Assembly: GCA_973895155.1 (NCBI GenBank)
Contig: OZ316897.1
Coordinates: 12,647,375-12,711,374 of the forward strand
DNA from: Marsupella aquatica
Taxonomy: Eukaryota > Plantae > Marchantiophyta
DNA length: 64,000 bases
Direction: 5' to 3'
Part shown: positions 35,091-48,166 of the stretch, piece after piece
Layout of the letters: each line of letters begins with the position of its first letter
Position numbering within the stretch: the stretch's first letter is position 1
Translations under genes and position numbers: made by a program
Notes under the pieces: generated by a model
What the model was told of the DNA's origin: nothing
Database searches by the model: none
The model's input: the letters and a program-made list of their open reading frames with translations, nothing else

Positions 35091-35733
35091 GGCCTCATTC
35101 ACAATTGGGTGTACCTGGCCTTGCAAGAACCACTTTCAGGATTCAAAAATATGTTTTTTTAGTGAAAAATGACTTTTGTAACATGGCAAAATTAAGCTTC
35201 ATCATGATTTTATCTCAAGACATTTAACTCTAATTTTTTTACTGAACTATTTTACATGCTGTAACCTACCTCGCCATGTAGATAAATCAAGTTTTTGACT
35301 TTTTAAATGGATCCTACTTTGATGGCCCTAAATGAGCCAAAATTATTGATTATTTTTGTCCTGTACATCAAGGTTTAGTTTTGTGTCAATATCTGAGTAT
35401 TGAAATATAAGATTATCCTTTTAGTATGCATGCTTCGGTAAAACTTCATAATCTAAAATGCAATTTTTAGAGTCCTTTTGATGTGACCCATTTGCGTGAC
35501 AAGTACTTTTATAGATCTTTGAAGGAAATATAATAAGAAAAGCTTCAAAGTCTCAAATGCTAGATAGTTTAATGAATGTTACCAGCCTACTGGATGTTTA
35601 TTAAGTATAGTAAATGAAAATTTGCATATTACCTCATTACACGTAGCTTACAAATGATATCCTAAAGCATAATAAATTATGGTCACTTCTAAGTGTGACC
35701 TTCCTTTTGGGTCCTCCAATTGTGAATGAAGCC
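35091..35733 (+). mobile_element. Non-autonomous TIR element (MITE), copy 1, 4-bp TSD
   Basis: TIR GGCCTCATTCACAATTGG / CCAATTGTGAATGAAGCC, flanked by CCCT on both sides. Homologous along its length to 49251-49887 in reverse orientation. Confidence 0.85.
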
Positions 35734-38294
35734 CCCTCCCCTAGTACCCATTATTATTTTTGGGAGCCTGTAAAACATTTCTCTTGTTATTCTTAAAACC
35801 TTAATTTTGGAGAGTAAATCTGTCTCTTTAAGACAGTATAATTTCACATTTTACACCATTTATGAAAGCCTTGAAAAGTTATAAAGGTATTAGACTAAGT
35901 GTGCAAACAGTTCCGAAACTGACAGGATTGTTTTGGGAGGGTTTTGGGTACAAACATTTTTGTGTTTGTGCCCCAAACTTCAACTTTGGGCATTTCTGAA
36001 CCCTAGGGTAGGGGTAGTTAGGGTTCAAAAGCCCCAAAGTCCTAAACTACTCTGAATCATAGATGTAGGCCTGCATAATAATATGTCATATACACAACTT
36101 CCAATCAAGAGTGGCCACATAGACCAATCCTATTGTGACGCGTGTCACATCCATACGAGCATCCATATTATATCACCCCTTGAAGCATATTAACTTGGGC
36201 AACATTTATATGAGCCTATATTAGTTAGAAAAGATCCGTTGAATAAAACCATCCCTCAAGTGATACTTTTAAGTCAATTATAAAAATTAATCTCAAATCA
36301 GATTTTTTTTCACCCTTCATTTGTTTGCACGTCTGGCCCATTATTATTATTGTTGGGGGTCTAGGGGCCATATTATGATCATTCTGGAGTGGTATGGACT
36401 TAGTCGCGAGCCCAAGGGCAAAACGTATACCCCCATCATATGGTCTATGGGAACCTGGAAGTCAAATGAGTGATATCCTAGCTAGTCTACTAAAACAAAA
36501 ATAGTACTATGGAAGTAAATATAGGTTATACTAGAGGCATAACCTAACAGCATTAATAGCCATTTAGTCCATCATTTTGGAGAGTCATAATAGATTCATT
36601 TTTCAATGTCTAAAATGACTTGACAAGGGGTCATTAAACGTGTCATTTCAGGGTGTCATTTTGGATGTCATAAAATGTGCATCATTTATATGATTCATAC
36701 GAGGTGTCATTATGGAAGTCGCCTATTCAAAAGTTTTCTATTGCATTCCATAAAATCACTCAAGATCTCACTAGATGTCATTCATCTTAAAATCATTCAA
36801 CCCTAAGTGGTCAACATATATATGTACATCAAAGAAAGAACTCAAAAGAATATAATAAATGATAAAAGAGGCATGGCTGGGTGGTAGCTCACTTGAGTAC
36901 TGATTCATAGGTCTTGGGTTCAAAAATTGTGGACAACTGATCCCTTTCTGTGAGGTTTCACAGATTTCCCCTTAACATTTAAGGAAACAAAAAAAATGAA
37001 ACTGTGATAAATGTATGAAATACATATAATACATGACAAGTCAGAGATGCTTAGAGAAAGAATACAGTCATCAAAAGATATATAGTGGAAACTCATTTTG
37101 AAAGAACACAATCAATTTATTATCTCATATTGTGTTACATCCCTGAAAAGTACATTGATTTCCTGAGAAATTGATGTAACATACTTAGTAAACAGGAGGT
37201 GAAGGAGCCAAACCAAATTAAATTACATGATAGCCCACATAAAAATCTTGTCCTACCCATTTAGATTCACTGATCTTATTCATACATGATTGAACAACTA
37301 CAATAGAAGCGCATCTTGAAAGTTTCATCAATGTATCTACAATGGAATACAACGGCACTCTTGACCATCTGATCCTATTTGATCTCCAACAATCTAGCTT
37401 GTAGGCCTCAACTTTGTCAAATGTGCTCAAAGAGTGACTTTCCTGATCACCGCAAATTGATCACGGCAAGATGTGTATGTTTGATGCAATGGCAATCCTG
37501 TACATCACACAGAAGTCATGAGACATTGCAACTCTCACTATGTCTATATTATGTGGAATATTAACCATTAGAAAGTCTGTCCTCAATTGGTTAGACACAA
37601 CAAAAACAAAATGAGTGACACAAGAAAATAACACACTCTAATGAATGTGTATTGTGGGATTGTTGGAGAGGCAGGCCCGAAGGCAGGTACTTGTTACAGA
37701 TCCCAAGATGTACCTGCCGACTAGTCTTTGTCCTCTGTGTAGATTGTGAAACTTGTGGAGCTCTCCATTGTCAACATTCTTTTGCCCTCATCAAAATTAT
37801 GGAAGCATGTGTCCCTACCAGAGTTGTGTTCCTTCCAGGGTTTACATGCAAAGCACCATGTGAACCATCAAAGATTGATGGCTTTCGGGATGGCGAGTTG
37901 GTCAATGATAATGATTGGGCTGTATTTCGATGGCAGTGTTGGTGGCAGTGTTAGGCGGATTGACATCCAGTGTGGGTTTGGGACCAGGTGGTCTCTTGGC
38001 TGGTATGTGGTAGGATATGGGGCCTTTGGGTTGCTCTCTTGCTCTGATCAGGATCGTTTGGTTTACGTTGACAATATCTCATCTTGGGGTCCTCCCTTCC
38101 GGTCTTCCCTGCCTCCTATTAGGCAGTGGGCTGGTGGGACCTCTTTCGACTTTCTCTGAGGATGCTCCTTCTTTCAGCTCCCCTTAATTCTGTTTGATTT
38201 TCTCCTGTCTCCTGCTCTGAGACAGGTTTTGTTGTTGTTCGTCCTGATTAATAAAGCTTTGCACCATTTAAAAAAAAGAAAAAAGAAAAAAGAA

Positions 38295-39365
38295 AATGAT
38301 GTTGGGTATAGAGAATCTTTCCTAGTCAAGCAAAGTCATCCACAACATGCAATTAGTTGCTTTGCTAGACTTTCATGACATAATACTTGATATTTGACAG
38401 CTTCCTGGATACTGGGCAAGTGTGTCCTGGTCCAAGTCCTTACAAGATCTTGTGTCCATTCTTGGATTTATATGCAAAGCATGAAGTGAACGTCAAAGAT
38501 AAAGTTGGTTGTAGAGAATCTTCCCTGGTCAAGCTAGCAAAGTGATCCACAACACGCAATTAGTTACTTTGCTAGACTTTCATGACATAATATTGATTTG
38601 ATACTTGACAGCTTCTTGATACTGGGAAAGCCAAGTCCCCAACTCCCTTTGTTATAGGCAAATTTTTAATTCTTTAGAACAGCCTTATATCCAATTGACC
38701 ATGGTAGGTTTCATTTTATTCTACTAAACTCTTATAGTACCTATACTCAAGGAATCCAAAAATGCAGCTTAAGGAAAAACTTAACATGTTTTGATGTTAA
38801 AAAACTTGATCAAAACTAAATTATATGATTGTTTTAATAAAAGGGTCTACAACCAAACTAGCTTACATTTTAGGATTTTTAATAAAACTCTAAAAATATT
38901 TTAATGAAAATTACAACAACTTTACTAGGGATATTTTTTAATTTTATGTGGAAAAATAAGTAAACCAAACCTTTTGCATGACTTCATGAGAAAATTTTTA
39001 AAGTGGAAAGTTCAGGTTTTTTTCAAATTTTTATTTTTCTATTGCCAACTTTTTAGCCCATATAAAAATGTAGACCCCTGTCTATTATACAAGAGTTATG
39101 TACCCTGGCTGGGAAATGTGTCCTTGTCCAAGTCCTTACAAGATCTTGTGTCCCTAACAGAATTGTGTCCCTACCTGGATTTACATGCAAAGCACCAAGT
39201 GAACGGTCAAAGATGAAGTTAGCTATAGCAAACTTTCCTGGTCAAGTAAAGTGATCCACAACATGCAACTAGCTAGTTGATTTGCTAAACTTGCATGATA
39301 TGATACTTGACAGCTTCCTGATAGTGGGAACAGTGTCCTTGTCCAAGTCCTTATAAGATCTTATC
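38295..39365 (+). repeat. Three degenerate tandem copies of an approximately 200-230 bp unit
   Basis: GGTCAAG..AAAGTGATCCACAACA.GCAA.TAG...TTTGCTAGACTT...ACTTGACAGCTTC recurs at about 38320, 38525 and 39240. Confidence 0.6.
38630..39109. mobile_element. Degenerate MITE-like insertion within the tandem unit
   Basis: TGGGAAA direct repeats at 38623-38629 and 39110-39116, ends GCCAAG.../...CCTGGC. A related sequence lies at about 51710-51910. Confidence 0.45.
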
Positions 39366-40539
39366 GGCTCTGAAATAGCCTTTGACACTATGTGGAATAT
39401 AAATTTCAACTATCAATACAATATATACCATATACTATAATTTGGACAAATGAGTTGGACCAATCCACAATTACATACAGAAATACCACAAGGGAGGAAA
39501 ACCCCCAAGCAACCTGAAGAAAACGAATAAGATATTGATTACAATAACGCCCAGCACCAGCAAAGCTTTCATTCGTCTTTGTTTATTCTCCTGGCTTTGA
39601 TCCCCTGATGCTTGGTGTACTGAAAGCAAAGCCCACCCACAACGTGTGATGCCAATGGCACGTCCCTTGTATGGTATGTAATACGGTCTAACTTCTCCGT
39701 ATATCACATGCCATAAGTAGCCATAAAAGTTATTAGCGTAATGACAACTCTTTGCCTTGAAATGATAAGTAGGCTACAGTAGCTAGGCATAGGTTGGTTA
39801 GGAGTTCACACCCTAAGCTGGCGGCACAACACCTTGAGGTATAGCATCATTAAAGGTATGTAATGGCTGTTAGACGGGAATTTTGAAGCGGACCCCAGGC
39901 ACACTTGGACCCAGACCCGATACATGAATGGAGGGCTAATTATGACTGAGAACGGCTGCTCATTCAATATGGCTTGAACAAGTTTTTGGAAAGAATGCAG
40001 ACGGGTATAAAACGAGCGGGGCCCTCCCCCTTCTTTCTTTGACATTCTCGTCACGTAGCGCAAGCTTTGAGCTTAAGTCCCCAGCTAAACTCTTGCATTA
40101 GCAACCCACTCTGCCTAATTAGAGAGTGTGGTTAAATATGGGCGTTCGCATAGGGTATACAATAATTTCACAAGGTGAACCCCCCAGAAAAAAAACCATC
40201 CTTGTCCATAACAAGTAATCTTTTTGCCAATCCTTCATCACCTGTTGATGCAAATAAAAACAAATCAATAAACACTAACATATATATATTTATTTATTTA
40301 AAGGATATTAAAGTCGAAGCAAAAAACACTAGTCTAACCATTGTAACCACTTGATTCACAAAGAATCAATTAAAATTTATATCCATTGTTTTCAAATGTA
40401 CAAGAGTCTATTTCAAATGGGGTTTAATTTCAAGCATTTCCTAGTCAACTAATTTCAAGTGTATCACTTATTCCCTTTATACTAAGAATCAAACTGCACA
40501 AAAAAATTGCTAGCAATTGGAGAACCACTTCAATTAAAC

Positions 40540-40830
40540 CTAAACTTTCACAATCAATCAACGTTATCAAGAACATCCTGCAATTGTGAGAATCTGCTTG
40601 GGAATATCTTTTGGAGACAAACATCTCCAGTTGTTAGTATTGATCGACTGGTGCCAATTATTGGGCATCAACCTTAATATCTGCAACTATATATCATGCT
40701 AAGCTTAAGAGCACTTCCGAGTCCTCACTGTAGTAGAAATCAAGATAGCTTTTAAAAGTTCCATTCTTGATGTCAATTACAGCTAGAGTCCAATCAAACC
40801 TGTGGACAAGTATTTCAGATTTAATAACCT
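40540..40830 (-). pseudogene. Degenerate Ulp1/C48 protease catalytic-region relic
   Basis: Minus strand: WTLAVIDIKNGTFKSYLD ... PKDIPKQ.DSHNC.MF, resembling HW.LAVID...Y.DS...PQQ.N..DCG.F. Contains frameshifts. Confidence 0.4.
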
Positions 40831-42332
40831 TCACCAGTAAGTTTTGTATAGAGCCATGCAGGTATTAAAGAAGTGACATCTAGTAGTGACTAATTTGCAA
40901 GACAGAAATTATGCCTCTCTCTCTCTCTCTCCACTAAAATCACATATGAATTAATAACATGATCCTACTAGCTTCAACCATTCTTGCAGGCATTCTTGTG
41001 GGCAAAGACATCTCAAATGTTAATTACTGTATTAACATTTGGATAATAGTAAAATCTTGGATTGTTGTCAAAACCTCTTTCTGATTCATGCTTAGACTGA
41101 GGCAATTCTCTACAGCAGTCTCACTACTTTTATCACTTGAAGTGATGTTATTTGTAAGCACCAATTTTCCCCCAGCAATTGATTCTCCATCAAAGCTTGA
41201 ACCCCATGAATTGGTACACACATTTCATAATGTAGAAAATTACATAAAGTTGCAGTTGTCACACCTTTGCAATATTTGATCTAGATGTTTTTGATGTACG
41301 TAGAGTTTAATAGATCATCATCTCCCTAAGGTTAGAATGTGAAAGCTTCTCTATTCTAAAGGCATTTAAAAATCCAATATTGGCAAAAACAATACTTTTA
41401 CAGTCAGCAAGGTATGTACATGTGAACACACAAGAGAACTTTGAACTCTAATAAAACCCATTCATTTGGTCATGCCAAGTCTTTCTAAACTCAGCTTGAA
41501 TCCCTCTTTCTTAGATAGCTCGATCCATAACAGTGAGTCTAGTTAAGTTACCCTTACTTACTTGGTCCTGTTAGTTAGCAAATATAGTAATGACACATTT
41601 GACTTTACCTAAATACTAAATAGTACAGGTTACTTAGATAAACTGTGGTTAAATCTTGGGTTAAATAGTAACTCCGTACCCAAGAGAATGCCTAGCAAAA
41701 CACATACACACACACACACACACATATGAAAAACAGAATGGGCAATTATAGTCAAACTTTGCATACAAAAAACATTAAAAATTCACACACACAAATACAC
41801 ACTTGATGATCAGAATCAGCAATTATAGTGAAATCCATACAAAAAAAGTTTAAAATGCATGAGCGCGCACACACACACACACACTTTTGAAAATCAGGAT
41901 GGACAATAGTCAAACTTTGCATAACAAAAAAGTTTTAAATGGACACAATATTTGAAAATAAAGACAACTAAATTAGAAATGAGTTAAAAGCAAGGAAGCC
42001 AACTGTGGAAATTCATATATGCTGTCATGCTATTTTGCAGAACATGACCCAATAATCAAGGAGATATCAAAGGTCGATTGTCATCTAGATTGCAATAATC
42101 ATTCAAGAAATTTATAGTTGCATCGATGCTCAACTAAACTTACCGTCCAACAATCAGAGTGAAATCAAACTCCAATTGCCACCAATTGCAGAACGCATTA
42201 AATTTTCAAGGAAAATTGTATGTGCATTATTTACTACTAAACAAAAATTGGCAACGTGGAGCTTGTTCGAAAGCATCATCATCTCAACAGGCCTCTAATG
42301 TGGGAAATGAACCACACTCGAACAATGATGGA

Positions 42333-42563
42333 TGTAACCACAAAGGACCTGTAGCTTAGTGGTAGAACACTACGATGTACACGGGAGGTCCTACATTCAA
42401 TTCCTAGCTGGTCCATGTTGTCGAGAGTTTCAACATGGTATCAGAACCAAAGATCAGGAGTTTCCCTTGTAGCAAGTGTGACTCAATGATCCATGCAATC
42501 ACAAAGGGCCTGTAAGTGGTAGAGCACTAAGATCTACACAGGAGATCGTAGGTTTCATTCCTA
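42333..42563 (+). mobile_element. TRIM-like relic whose LTR contains a tRNA-derived sequence
   Basis: LTR1 TGTAACC...TTTCAACA (42333-42435) contains the tRNA-like segment 42345-42415. PBS TGGTATCAGA follows at 42436. A second, truncated LTR copy starts at 42494. Confidence 0.6.
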
Positions 42564-42736
42564 TCATTTAAATGGTACAATAATAAGCAATCAGAGAGGT
42601 ACACTACCTTCTTGATGCAACCAGGGAAGAGGCCATCTGGTTCTTCTTCTCATATATCAAACATACACTGAACGAGAGGTTTGTTATATCACAGAGCGTG
42701 ACATATATACTTAGCTTGTACAAATTAAATCTTGAT

Positions 42737-42887
42737 GTAGGAGTTGGCAAGCCTGGTTTCGGACTTCTAGCACAGCTGGCTATCTTGGTCTAGGAGTTGG
42801 CAAGCCTGGTTTCAGACTTCTAGCACAGCTGGCTATCTTGGTCTCGGAGTTGGCAAGCCTGGTTTCGGACTTCTAGCACAGCTGGCT
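42737..42887. repeat. About 53-bp tandem repeat, 3 copies, downstream of the LecRK
   Basis: GGAGTTGGCAAGCCTGGTTTCRGACTTCTAGCACAGCTGGCT repeated three times. Confidence 0.85.
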
Positions 42888-43079
42888 GACATGGTCACAT
42901 TCGTGGAACCTTATTCCCAAGAAAGAAACTATAAATCGGAATAATCTCAGAGGTCAACATTGTCGTCCCAGTGGTTCAATTCCCTCAAGTTGAATCAGAA
43001 ATGTTCATAGATGCCAAGGATATCTGCCCAGATCTAGTTTCAGATATATGTGTCCCAAGATTCCATACCTGCACAGAAA

Positions 43080-45182
43080 TTAATTAGAGCATTCGCTGAG
43101 TGAGCCCATTGACGGTACTCGTCGTGTCGAGCTCCACACAAAGTCAGGCTTGGAGGTGGGAATCGCGGGGACTTGAGCTTCTCCAGCGAGTACCTGAACG
43201 ACATGTCTCATAGAAGGACGAGACTCTGGGTCTGGATGAGAACAAAGCAGACCCAAAGTCAACACCACCTCCATCCAGTGGGTGTCATACTCACCCTCCA
43301 GCCGCCTGTCCACCGTACTGAGCAGATCGTTTTCACTGAACTTCTTCCACACCCAATCCACCAAAAGGACTTCCTCTTTTGCAACAAGATGTAAAAGAAC
43401 TTTCCTCCCACAAGCAACCTCCAGGACTACGGCACCGAAAGCAAACACATCTGTTTTATCTGTGAATCTGCCCGAAATGGCAGCCTCTGGAGCAAGGTAT
43501 CCAAATGTTCCAGCCACCAGAGTGGTAGACGCTGCCCTTTGATGATCCACCAAACGAGCAAGACCAAAGTCCCCGAGCTTAGGATTCCACTCATTGTCCA
43601 GCATGATATTGGAACTCTTGACATCCCTATGGATGACTTGTTGCTTCCAACCTTGGTGCAGGTAGTCTAGGGCAGCAGCAGTGCCAGTCACAATCTTGAA
43701 CCTTTGAGACCATGACAGACAAGGCATTTTTATCTGGACAGCAGGCTCAAACAACACCTTGTCCAGACTTCCATTTGGCATTAGCTCATACACAATCACA
43801 AATTTCGCTTTGGATGCATCCTTACACCATCCACACAGCTGGATGAGATTCCGATGTCGGAGCTGGCTAATAATTGAAACCTCGGCCATGAACTCCTTCT
43901 GGCCCTGGGTTGAGTCAGCTTTGATTTTCTTCACTGCAACTTCGATACCAGACGAACTTAAAACTCCTCGATACACACTCCCAAATCCTCCTTGCCCCAA
44001 TTTGGTTTCCTCGCTAAAGCCTCGAGTGGCAGCACTGAGCTCCTTGTAGCTGAATCTCTCAGGCATGCCTATTAAAATTTCCGTGGTTGAATCTTCTTCA
44101 CTACTTGATCTTCTCCCTAGTAGACCGCCTCTGTATCTCCCTTCACCATCAGCTCTTCTTTGCACAAAAAATGGAACAATCCAAATGCAAGCTAGGAAAA
44201 GATTAACAGGTATACCCACAGCTGTTCCAATTATATAGCCCCAATTTCTACCTTGTGCTTTATCTGGAGCTGGGCTGGACGGAGCTGGGCTCGACGGAGC
44301 TGGGCTCGATGGATCTGGGCTAGATGGAAGGATCCCGTATGATCCAAATATCCAATTTCCGACATAGAAGTTGCTCCTGGCGTGACCATTTCCACTCGAG
44401 AAGCCCACCCACATGTATTCGTCCAACATATCAAAAAGGTTCACTGTGTAGTTCAGCAGGGGAATGACGGGTCTAGACTTGTTTGTGCTTACTCTCGCCT
44501 CCAGCTTATTGGTCGAGCCGCTGTACTCCACCCACGCATAAATCAGATAATCTGGATCAGGCAGGTACACGCCCGCATCTGAGGCATTCGCAGCTACACT
44601 GTAAGTAAGGTTCGAGTTGAGGTTGAAGCTTAGATGGTTTTCACTTATATCATAAGCGGGATATTCGGGATTGTGAAACGTATCAAACTCCACTACGACG
44701 GCTTTGAAGTCCGGCAACGCAGTGTGATTTGCATTGAATATCCACAAAGATTTCCCATGACCACCGTGTCGTGAGTTATTTGAAGTGATCACGAAGGTCA
44801 TGCCATCCCCGGACCCCCTAGTATCTCCACTTCTGACTTGCGTTATTGTGAAGCTCGTGTTGAAGGAAGCCGACTGCGCTGTTCTAGGGTCCTTCAATCT
44901 CACTTGTTTGTGGTAGTATGCGAGTCCACCTTGACCTCTAGTGGCCGAAAGATCCTCATACGTTAAGGACAACATTCCAGATTGCACTTGGCTGATTGGT
45001 TGCCCTGGGTACACGTGAGCACCATCACGGCAGATGATGTTGCTCGAACAATCGTAATCAATGCCTGCGAAGTGGAAGGTGTCGCCGGTTTGGCCAGAAA
45101 CATGTCTGAAGGATCTTTCTGCGAAAAGGACGAGAAAGAAGTAATATGTACAGAAGGTCTTCGTGATGTTTGACTGGAGCAT
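43080..45182 (-). CDS. LecRK: L-type (legume) lectin-domain receptor-like kinase, uninterrupted ORF
   Basis: Signal peptide from ATG 45182 (upstream in-frame starts to 45320), lectin motifs SFNTSF/GDGMTF/VVVEFDT/WVGFS, an (SSPAP)n linker, a TM helix, and a kinase with LGQGGFG, VAVKK, HRDVKSSN, DFG, GTFGYLAPE, DVFAFG. Confidence 0.95.
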   Translation of the reverse strand: MLQSNITKTFCTYYFFLVLFAERSFRHVSGQTGDTFHFAGIDYDCSSNIICRDGAHVYPGQPISQVQSGMLSLTYEDLSATRGQGGLAYYHKQVRLKDPRTAQSASFNTSFTITQVRSGDTRGSGDGMTFVITSNNSRHGGHGKSLWIFNANHTALPDFKAVVVEFDTFHNPEYPAYDISENHLSFNLNSNLTYSVAANASDAGVYLPDPDYLIYAWVEYSGSTNKLEARVSTNKSRPVIPLLNYTVNLFDMLDEYMWVGFSSGNGHARSNFYVGNWIFGSYGILPSSPDPSSPAPSSPAPSSPAPDKAQGRNWGYIIGTAVGIPVNLFLACIWIVPFFVQRRADGEGRYRGGLLGRRSSSEEDSTTEILIGMPERFSYKELSAATRGFSEETKLGQGGFGSVYRGVLSSSGIEVAVKKIKADSTQGQKEFMAEVSIISQLRHRNLIQLCGWCKDASKAKFVIVYELMPNGSLDKVLFEPAVQIKMPCLSWSQRFKIVTGTAAALDYLHQGWKQQVIHRDVKSSNIMLDNEWNPKLGDFGLARLVDHQRAASTTLVAGTFGYLAPEAAISGRFTDKTDVFAFGAVVLEVACGRKVLLHLVAKEEVLLVDWVWKKFSENDLLSTVDRRLEGEYDTHWMEVVLTLGLLCSHPDPESRPSMRHVVQVLAGEAQVPAIPTSKPDFVWSSTRRVPSMGSLSECSN

Positions 45183-47155
45183 AGAGGAAGTTCGTGGTTT
45201 GACTGATTTTGGATTCCTGGATGCATCACCAACGTTCTTCCTGCTGCAACCGACAAAGCCGAATTGGCTCAATAATGCCAAGTTGTAGATCATTCTGGTG
45301 TAGACCATATTCGCTGTCAAGGGGGTGGTCCTAACTCAATTTCCGGGGATCTTGTATTTATGTATGGACTGTGGGTTGTGACCTAGCTGGCAGCCCAATC
45401 CATGCATATAATTATGCTACACTATTGGAAGCAATGACGGTCCTGAGGGGTGAACACCGGATACCAATTTAGTGTTCCGGAGTGGAGCTGTTACCATATC
45501 TATTTGTCTATTCGTCTGAGATACCACCTCGCCTGCCTACGACGTACCCATTGTAAGAAATATCAAACAGTCTTTCACTAGTTCCATTAAGGAGAGAAGA
45601 AACCTCTAGCCATCTCCTGCAAGTGAAGATCTACTCTTGCGGCTCGAAAGAATCGATCGTAGATGCCTTCCGTCACAGTCCGCGATCGGATCCAATTTTC
45701 TTTGAAGACTAGCTGCGTGGGAACAGAGTGACAATTAGACGATAAGCGAGCATCTGCATTTCAAAGGTAGTTAGATCCGGAGATTTCCAGGCGCTGAACT
45801 ATTTTTGTAGATGAATTAATTATCACTATCATGCCTAGCAGAGTGAACGTGTTCCCTGTCTCCACTTCAAGGGATGCACGGTATGTCCATTTCCAACCCT
45901 GACAACAATATGTTCGAAGGAAGGCTTAGGGCGGTATGCGGTAACTGGACGACAGCTAGGGCTTTAGGTTGCGCTGCCGGCCCAGCGGCTACCTAGAATC
46001 ACAAGATTAATTATCATAGTCAGATCAGATTGGGTAAATGTACATCAATTCTCGATCATACATACTTAGTTAGGAAAACGATGTTCCCTCCAAATTCAGA
46101 TATGTATACTAAGTTCCACATACAAGTGCACAAGGCCACCCTTCCTCCCTTCCTCCCCGGCCGACCCTGGAGTGCACAAGGCCCTAATTAAGAGTCCAAA
46201 GAGAGTCATGAAAAGTACTCGCTGTAGTCGTAGTCCATCGAGAGACCTGTAGCTGTTAATTTGGGCCCACGGTCAACGGACACCAACTGAACAGCCGGCC
46301 TGAACTAAGCACTAGATGCGTTAATTAAATTAAGAGCAGAGTTCGGAAAATCGAACGTCCGCTAGGTCCAATCGTGTTTGAACGGGGTGTAGATTTATAA
46401 CGTACGGTCTCAGTTGTCAATCCCAACTAACGCTCGCTTGGAAGAACGTATATGATTAGAATCTCAGACAGCACCAGACCCCTACTGAAGGATTTCGAAA
46501 GCAAGACGGAACTACAGGACGCTAAACGGACGCGTACAGCTACTGCGAGAGGGAGCGAGAGTGGATAAGAGCAAAGGTAGAGAAGTGATGCTCACCAACT
46601 TTTTTAAGGCCGCAATCATTTGAAATTGAGCTTCAGCTTCTTGTACGCACAATTGCTGAGCATTCGGTTTCTTTCCAGCAGCAATCTAGAGGCGTGATGT
46701 GAGTCTGTCGAGATCAAGTCTAGTAAGTCCCGGGCCTGGCTGCTGCTCCTACGCGGGTTCCTTCGCTCTCTCTGATTGGCATGGCTGGACAAGGCAGAGT
46801 CTACAATGTCATATATATACGTCGCAGCGTTTAGGCCTGTGGCATGCATGGCTGTCGATGAATTACATGATACATTCCGGCTTCAGGTTCTGTGCTTCGA
46901 CAAGATTATACTGGTAGGTCGAAGATTATACTGGTAGGTCGAATGGAGAGGGAATATAACTGATAAAAACTGCACCGTAGATCCTGATTAGTAATTAATC
47001 CTTTGCCCACTCAATGGCCTCATACGGAATAATGCTGGGATCTTAGCCGGGGATCTATGTACCATTTGATTCATGTGGCGTTTATCGCCCAGTAGGGTTT
47101 CATTTATTTGTTCCCTTACTAGTTGACTTTTTGTTTTTGTGCGGCTACTCCCCCT

Positions 47156-48166
47156 GGTATATGCTCTGATGGGACCTTGTTACGACAAATTTGAGTGATT
47201 GACCCTTCTAAATTTTGTTACAAACTAGGCCGCCTAGAAAAATGTTGTTACAAGCTAGGCCCCCTAGGTAGGTTCCTTACACAGGGTTCTTATGTGGTGT
47301 CTAATTACATGGTCAATCGTACATTTCTCACCTCACTCCATTGCGTTGCACCATAGTACACAGCGTGTACCTCTATGTTTGAAAACATAATGGATTATGT
47401 TTTCACATGATTATAGATTTTTAGAGGATGTGCCCCATATATGATAGCGGGTTTGTACACATTCAATCTAAGTAGTTCTCGCAGGCTAGCAGAATTTTCC
47501 CGTTAGGATTAACTTACTCCATGACTGTTGTCTTTGTTTCACACTTAGACAATGTTTGAAGTTACAACAAGGGTTCGAACAACCAAAAGTAAAAGATCTT
47601 TGCTTCCTTCCATACTTAGACAAATTCGGGGTTCTAGATGTGAGAAGACAACATCCATGTTGTCTTTGTTCCACACTTAGATAATTTTTGAATGTCATTG
47701 CAGTAGGGCCCTATGGCCAAAAGTAGAGTATTCATTCCATACTTAGACTAAGAACAAACAGGAGAACAAAAAGAATGCAACTTACATCAAAACGTCATGC
47801 AAACCCTGTGCATAAGCTGCATGAAGCAAGCTAAAGATGGACGGTATGGTAGAAATTCAAATTAACCTGAAAACATGAACAATATTGTCTTCACTTAGAA
47901 ACTCGCAGTTTGCACAACGGCCGCCATTTAGTCCACAGCTCCCCCAACGGTGTAGTTTGTCATTCAGTATGGTTTGACTCTAAATTGTACAGTAGCTCTT
48001 ACTCGTGATAATATCAAGCTAAATCTCTTTAGAGGAACTTTACAAGAACAAGCGACACAAAAATGTCAGAGCCTGGGGCCTAGTCGTGGGCCTAGTTTGT
48101 AACAAAAGTTTCCTAAGGGCCTATCACGTAAAATTGTGTTGGCAGGGGTCCCATCAAGCATATACC
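47156..48166. mobile_element. Non-autonomous element with long imperfect TIRs (MULE-like)
   Basis: The left end GGTATATGCTCTGATGGGACC...TTTTGTTACAAACTAGGCC is mirrored by the reverse complement of 48088-48166. The TSD is only partial. Confidence 0.55.

Noticed and set aside
37200-38160. Possible LRR-gene relic
   Set aside because: Only vague Leu/Cys spacing, with no consistent frame.
42345-42415. Functional tRNA gene
   Set aside because: Anticodon and T arms are degenerate and it is embedded in an LTR-PBS structure; treated as TE-derived.
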